64,000 bases of DNA from an uncultured Verrucomicrobiota bacterium (GTDB lineage: Bacteria > Verrucomicrobiota > Kiritimatiellia > RFP12 > UBA1067): the NCBI GenBank assembly GCA_946055075.1, contig CAMGEN010000004.1, forward strand, positions 3,522-67,521, given 5' to 3'. Positions 59,752-64,000 of this stretch are shown one piece after another. The notes under the pieces are model-generated. The model did no database searches and was not told the DNA's origin. It saw only the letters and a list, made by a program, of their open reading frames with translations. Position 1 is the first letter of the stretch, and each line of letters opens with the position of its first letter. The translations under genes and the position numbers were made by a program.

Positions 59752-61842
59752 ATGGCGGAGCAGAAACAGAAGCGGTATTTGGGGATTGACATCGGGTCCA
59801 CGACATTTAAGGCTGTGATCCTTGATGCTGATGGCAAGGTCGAGCGTACGATTTACAAGCGTACGCAGCCTGTTGAAAGTGGCAAGGTGGCATGTACCGG
59901 ACACTGTTCGGCTTGTGGCAATTGTTCTGGCGGCTCCGCGAAGAAGCTTTCGCTTGAGTTTCTTCGTTCCGCTGGGATTGATTTCGCCGGAGTTGATAAG
60001 CTCGTTGTTACCGGTTCACAGATTGTCGAGGACACCAGGAAGTTCATCCCTTACGACTTTCAGGTTTCGGAAGTGACTGCGCATGTCGAGGGTGCTAAGT
60101 TCCTGCATCCTGACGTTGACGCGATTATCGATTGCGGCGGACAGGATTCGAAGTGCATGGTCTACAATCCGTTCATGAAGCTCTGGACGAGTATGATGAG
60201 CGGTGTTTGCGCGGCCGGTACTGGCAGTTTCCTTGATTCGGTCGCCAACAAGCTCGGCGTGCCGATCGAACAGGTCGCGGGCAAGGTGAATTACGATTCC
60301 GACACCGAGTTTAGTTCGGTTTGCGCAGTGTTGTCCGCGACTTCGATCAACAAGTTCAAGAACCGCGTGCCGATCGGCGATCTGCTCGCGGGCGCGTGCA
60401 AGGCGCAGGCGCGCACGATCCTCAATTCGGTCGGGCAGCTCCTCCTGAACGCCCCTGGGCGTAAGATCCTCTTCCAGGGCGGCGTTGCGTTCAACAAGGC
60501 CGTAGCTTACTTCCTCGAGAAACTTACTGGCTCCCAGATCGTCATCCCTCAGTATCATGAGGTGATGGGTGCGCTTGGAGCGGCGGTGATCGCGAAGAAG
60601 CTCGACGAGCTCGGTCCGGATGTGAAGATCGCAAAGGTCGAGTACGAGCCCACTCGCGGCAAGTCCGCGCTTCTCCGCATCAAATCTACGAAGCACGACT
60701 TCTTCTCAAAGGACGAGTCGAAGCCGCTCGTTTGGCGCAATCTTTTCTTCCCGACTGAGATCCTCAATGCCTTCGACTGCCGTATCCGTACGCTTGAGAC
60801 TTACGCTGCATTGTTTGGGCGCAAGGCCGATTTCGTGAAGGAGGCGCTAGGAAATGCTGCGCAGAAGGGCTACGATCAGCAGACCTGTTCGTTCCTCCGC
60901 ATGCTCGAGGGCATGAAGCTTGAGAAGCCGGATTTCGTCGTTTCGACTTCGCAGCCATGCCAGCAGGCGGAGCGTGTTTTCGAGGATCTTGTTACTGAGT
61001 ACGAATGTCCGGATCGGTTGTATTCGTTGCAGACTCCGATTAAGCGTCAGAGCGCGCATGCTGTGGAGATGATGGCCGAAGGGCTTTCTGAGGCGATTTA
61101 TATGATGGAGAAGTCGTTCGGCAGAAAGCTCGACATGGGGCGTCTTGAGGAGGCGTGCGTCCTTTCGAACGAGGCGGCCGAGATCGGCAGGAAATGCAAT
61201 GAGCTTCGCTTTACTTCGCCGCCTCTCGTCAAGGGGTCAGAGGCGATTTATAATGCGGTTGTGTTCTCCCAGCTCTGGGGCACGAGGGATCTTGTCGAGA
61301 TTCAGAAGGCGTGGCACGAAGAATTGCTGATGAAGAAGGAGTGGGCAGAGAAGCGTATGTCGATTGACGACACCCACCGTATTCTCTGGATGCATTTGCC
61401 GCCGTTTTACGACAACAAGCATCTCACTTATCTTGAGAATGTCTGCAATGCGCCAATCGTGTTCGAGGAGACCAACTTCATCGGGTGGAGTCCGCTCGAC
61501 CCGAAGGATCCGATGCGTTCGCTCGCGAAGAAGTTGTTGGAGTCTGGCTTCCTCGATCCAGCGCTACGTGTCGAATACGTGAAGAGGTCCATCCCGGCTG
61601 CAAAGTTCAACGGTGTCGTTCTTTATACTCACGGATTCGGACGTTGTTCGCTTGCGGACCGTTCGTTCTCGAAGTTGCTTCGCAACGAACTTGACAAGAT
61701 TGGCGTTCCCCTGCTGGCGCTCGAAGGCGATTGCATGGACGCGTCGATCGATCCGTGTTCGACTGTCACCAAGATTGCGTCCTTCACCGAGGCGCTGAAT
61801 CTGAAGAAATACGGGAATATCTTCGGACGGATCGAGAAGTGA
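59752..61842 (+). CDS. Fusion of a BcrAD/BadFG-type ATPase (2-hydroxyacyl-CoA dehydratase activase-like) with a dehydratase (HgdB/D-component-like) domain
   Basis: YLGIDIGSTTFKAVI (ASKHA phosphate-1 motif), DCGGQDSK, and Cys cluster CTGHCSACGNC. The C-terminal half has conserved Cys residues typical of HGD-D proteins. Confidence 0.65.
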   Translation: MAEQKQKRYLGIDIGSTTFKAVILDADGKVERTIYKRTQPVESGKVACTGHCSACGNCSGGSAKKLSLEFLRSAGIDFAGVDKLVVTGSQIVEDTRKFIPYDFQVSEVTAHVEGAKFLHPDVDAIIDCGGQDSKCMVYNPFMKLWTSMMSGVCAAGTGSFLDSVANKLGVPIEQVAGKVNYDSDTEFSSVCAVLSATSINKFKNRVPIGDLLAGACKAQARTILNSVGQLLLNAPGRKILFQGGVAFNKAVAYFLEKLTGSQIVIPQYHEVMGALGAAVIAKKLDELGPDVKIAKVEYEPTRGKSALLRIKSTKHDFFSKDESKPLVWRNLFFPTEILNAFDCRIRTLETYAALFGRKADFVKEALGNAAQKGYDQQTCSFLRMLEGMKLEKPDFVVSTSQPCQQAERVFEDLVTEYECPDRLYSLQTPIKRQSAHAVEMMAEGLSEAIYMMEKSFGRKLDMGRLEEACVLSNEAAEIGRKCNELRFTSPPLVKGSEAIYNAVVFSQLWGTRDLVEIQKAWHEELLMKKEWAEKRMSIDDTHRILWMHLPPFYDNKHLTYLENVCNAPIVFEETNFIGWSPLDPKDPMRSLAKKLLESGFLDPALRVEYVKRSIPAAKFNGVVLYTHGFGRCSLADRSFSKLLRNELDKIGVPLLALEGDCMDASIDPCSTVTKIASFTEALNLKKYGNIFGRIEK

Positions 61843-61863
61843 GGTTGAAGGTTGAGAGTGGAA
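61843..61863. repeat. Short heptamer array GGTTGAA GGTTGAG AGTGGAA (intergenic)
   Basis: Read directly. Weak (3 units). Confidence 0.45.
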
Positions 61864-61871
61864 TAAACAAG

Positions 61872-63323
61872 ATGGAAAACACCAACGAGTATCGTGAACA
61901 GCGTCTCAATTCGATGAAGACGCTCAAGGAGATGGGCTACGAGCCTTTTGGCTGCAAGTACGATCATGTGGACCTTAAGGTCGCGAGAGAAACATTCGAA
62001 GAAGGTAAGTCCGTCCGTGTCGCCGGGCGCCTCCTCATGATTCGCCGCATGGGCAAGATGAACTTCTGCACCATGAACGACGGTACGGACCGCTTTCAGC
62101 TGATCTTCAAGCGTGACGAGCTTTCAGAAACCGCGTTCGCGGCGTTCAAGCAGCTAAATCTCGGCGACATCATCGGCGCCGAAGGCGCGTTCTTTACGAC
62201 GCAGAAGGGAGAGAAGTCTGTCGTCGTCAAGGAATGGACGATGCTGGCGAAGGCTCTCGAGCAGCCGCCAGAGAAGTTTCACGGACTCGTCGACGAGGAG
62301 GAGTGCTACCGCCGTCGTTACGTTGACCTCATGACTAACGATGAGACTCGCGCGCGCTTTTTCACGCGTTCGCGTCTCCTTATGGAGATTCGCAAGTATC
62401 TTTGGTCCAAGGGGTTCGTCGAAGTCGAGACTCCAATCCTCCAAAATCAGGCCGGCGGCGCCGCGGCGAAGCCGTTCTTCTCGCACTTCAACGCTCTCGA
62501 CCAAGACTGCGTGATGCGCATCGCCCCCGAGCTCTACCTTAAGCGGCTTCTTGTCGGCGGCATGAACAAGGTGTTCGAGCTTGGCAAGGACTTCCGTAAC
62601 GAGGGTATTGACCGTACCCACAACCCCGAGTTCACGGTGTGCGAGATCTACGAGGCTTACGGCGACCGCACTTCGATGGAGGCGATCATGGAAGGACTGC
62701 TTCCGCATCTCTGCGATACCGTCATCGGCAAGCGGGTTGTCGAGTACGGCGAAAACAAGGTGCCGATTGACTTCACTCCTCCGTATCGTCGTGTAGCCTA
62801 CAAGGATCTCGTGAAGGACCTCATGGGAGCCGATTGGTTCGATAAGCCGTTTGACGCGCAGCTTGCCCAGGCGAAGCAGATGGCGAAGGAGAAGGACGTT
62901 AATCTTGAGCTTGATGGGATTACGACCGAGCTCATGCTTACGCACGAGGTCTACGACAAGATGATCGAGAAGACCCTGATGCAACCGACGTTCGTCACCC
63001 GCATTCCGCACGAATTCGTCCCGCTTGCGAAGACCTGCAAGGACGATCCGTCGCTGGTGGATGTCTTCGAATTCGTGGTCGCCGGCCGCGAGCTTTGCCC
63101 GGGATACACCGAACAGAACGATCCGCTCGAGCAGCGCAAGGCTCTCGAGAATCAAGCGGGCGAAGACACCGAGAAGATTGACGAAGATTTCATTTCCGCG
63201 CTGGAGTGCGGCATGCCTCCGACTGGCGGTCTCGGTTTCGGCGTCGACCGGCTCGTGATGTTCCTCACCGGCTGCGACTCGATCCGCGACGTGGTCCTCT
63301 TCCCGCAGCTCAAGAAGGCGTAA
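61872..63323 (+). CDS. lysS: Lysine--tRNA ligase, class II
   Basis: RVAGRLLMIRRMGKMNFCTMNDG (OB anticodon-binding domain), FRNEGIDRTHNPEFT (motif 2) and GGLGFGVDRLVM (motif 3). Start moved to ATG 61872, as the track start overlaps the upstream gene. Confidence 0.9.
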   Translation: MENTNEYREQRLNSMKTLKEMGYEPFGCKYDHVDLKVARETFEEGKSVRVAGRLLMIRRMGKMNFCTMNDGTDRFQLIFKRDELSETAFAAFKQLNLGDIIGAEGAFFTTQKGEKSVVVKEWTMLAKALEQPPEKFHGLVDEEECYRRRYVDLMTNDETRARFFTRSRLLMEIRKYLWSKGFVEVETPILQNQAGGAAAKPFFSHFNALDQDCVMRIAPELYLKRLLVGGMNKVFELGKDFRNEGIDRTHNPEFTVCEIYEAYGDRTSMEAIMEGLLPHLCDTVIGKRVVEYGENKVPIDFTPPYRRVAYKDLVKDLMGADWFDKPFDAQLAQAKQMAKEKDVNLELDGITTELMLTHEVYDKMIEKTLMQPTFVTRIPHEFVPLAKTCKDDPSLVDVFEFVVAGRELCPGYTEQNDPLEQRKALENQAGEDTEKIDEDFISALECGMPPTGGLGFGVDRLVMFLTGCDSIRDVVLFPQLKKA

Positions 63324-63342
63324 GTGGATAATGTTTGCCCTA

Positions 63343-63372
63343 TTGACGCGGAGACGGCAATTTTGATAGAAT
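63343..63372 (+). promoter_or_regulatory. Promoter TTGACG-N18-TAGAAT (TG-extended) for rpsT
   Basis: ttgacg(63343) ... tgatagaat(63364-63372). A 41-nt leader with CAGGAG before ATG 63414. Confidence 0.55.
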
Positions 63373-63413
63373 ATTAAGAACAGATTCCAAGTTATCAGGA
63401 GTAATAAAGAAAT

Positions 63414-63689
63414 ATGGCTAATGTAAAAGGCGGACGCGCCGCTCGTAAACGTGATCGTCAGAACGAGAAGGCCCGTGTGCGCAATCAGTCGACGAAGGCG
63501 AAACTTCACGACGCTCACAAGAAGCTTTTCAAGGCGGCGGACGCCAAGAAGGATGACGATGCCAAGGCGAAGTTCAAAGAGTTCGTCTCCGGTCTTGACA
63601 AGGCCGTGAAGAAAGGTATCATCAGCAAGAACACGGCGGATCGCAAGAAATCCCGTGCTCAGCTGAAGCTCAACAAGATGGCCAAGTAA
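63414..63689 (+). CDS. rpsT: 30S ribosomal protein S20
   Basis: MANVKGGRAARKRDRQNEKARVRNQSTKAKL..., a basic 91-aa protein with the typical S20 N-terminus. Confidence 0.9.
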   Translation: MANVKGGRAARKRDRQNEKARVRNQSTKAKLHDAHKKLFKAADAKKDDDAKAKFKEFVSGLDKAVKKGIISKNTADRKKSRAQLKLNKMAK

Positions 63690-63732
63690 GCCGTCGGGCT
63701 TATGAGCTCGTTTGCTTAGTTGAATCAGCATT

Positions 63733-63763
63733 CGGAAGGTATCACCTTCCGGGTGCTTTTGTT
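63733..63763 (+). terminator. Possible terminator hairpin (weak)
   Basis: CGGAAGG-tatca-CCTTCCG, followed after 5 nt by TTTTGTTATTTT. Confidence 0.4.
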
Positions 63764-63794
63764 ATTTTCAAGACTAGAAAGGATCAAACAAAGT

Positions 63795-64000
63795 ATGGAT
63801 AAGAAGACTCTCCGTGACGTCGATCTCAAGGGTAAGCGCGTTGTGATGCGTGTTGATTTCAACGTGCCTATGGCCAAGGACGGTTCCGGCAAGATCACCG
63901 ATGACACCCGCATCGTTGCGGCGCTCCCCTCGATCAAGTACGTCCTCGAGCAGGGCGGCTCGCTCGTTCTCATGTCGCACCTCGGTCGTCCGAAGGGTGT
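63795..64000 (+). CDS. pgk: Phosphoglycerate kinase, N-terminal part (3' end outside window)
   Basis: [25 protein letters not shown]...[33 protein letters not shown]. Confidence 0.9.
   Translation, partial: MDKKTLRDVDLKGKRVVMRVDFNVPMAKDGSGKITDDTRIVAALPSIKYVLEQGGSLVLMSHLGRPKG

Noticed and set aside
62154-63731. 525-aa minus-strand ORF
   Set aside because: Antisense to lysS and rpsT, both unmistakable.

Overview
GC-rich bacterial chromosomal window. The gene content (BatA/MoxR/DUF58 genes, prenyltransferase-repeat proteins, giant beta-helix proteins ending in D-x-GCYE) suggests a PVC-superphylum organism, but that is inference only. I call about 50 protein genes, all on the + strand. The only minus-strand gene is tRNA-Pro(CGG).

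Left to right:
- 3' end of an Rhs polymorphic toxin with an AT-richer toxin tip, followed by a lipoprotein that is a candidate immunity protein.
- A secreted CX5R phosphatase, a clan GH-A hydrolase, and a ~1400 aa DUF2341/LamG/beta-helix protein.
- An orphan gene fragment, then a lower-GC AAA+/DUF4143-type ATPase preceded by twin palindromes.
- A GH-MFS-SASA esterase cluster, then tRNA-Leu(GAG).
- Housekeeping genes: BI-1, a UvrD-like helicase, GNAT, pcnB and mlaEFD.
- A gap-free ~18.6 kb, 12-gene block (26697-45295) holding FHA-MoxR, DUF58, BatA/vWA/PA14, a vWA membrane protein, a DUF4175-like poly-Q protein, a prenyltransferase-repeat protein and TonB.
- rmuC, a TonB-dependent receptor, a second prenyltransferase-repeat protein with a MacB-type ABC pair, and a UbiA/methyltransferase/AlkP/unknown cluster.
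- argB-argD, an activase-dehydratase fusion, lysS, rpsT and the start of pgk.

I saw no CRISPR array, transposase or integrase.

Three sequence-level signals are not explained by ordinary annotation:
1. A dispersed family of short tandem 7-8 nt micro-arrays. Many sit in frame inside unrelated genes, and one 33-nt module is shared by two unrelated genes.
2. Extended -10 boxes (TGnTATAAT) sit 6-8 nt in front of start codons, implying widespread leaderless mRNAs. Some are fused to the preceding stop codon or terminator.
3. The very long FHA-MoxR/vWA/PA14/poly-Q operon.

All motif and family assignments come from reading the translations by eye. No database search was run.
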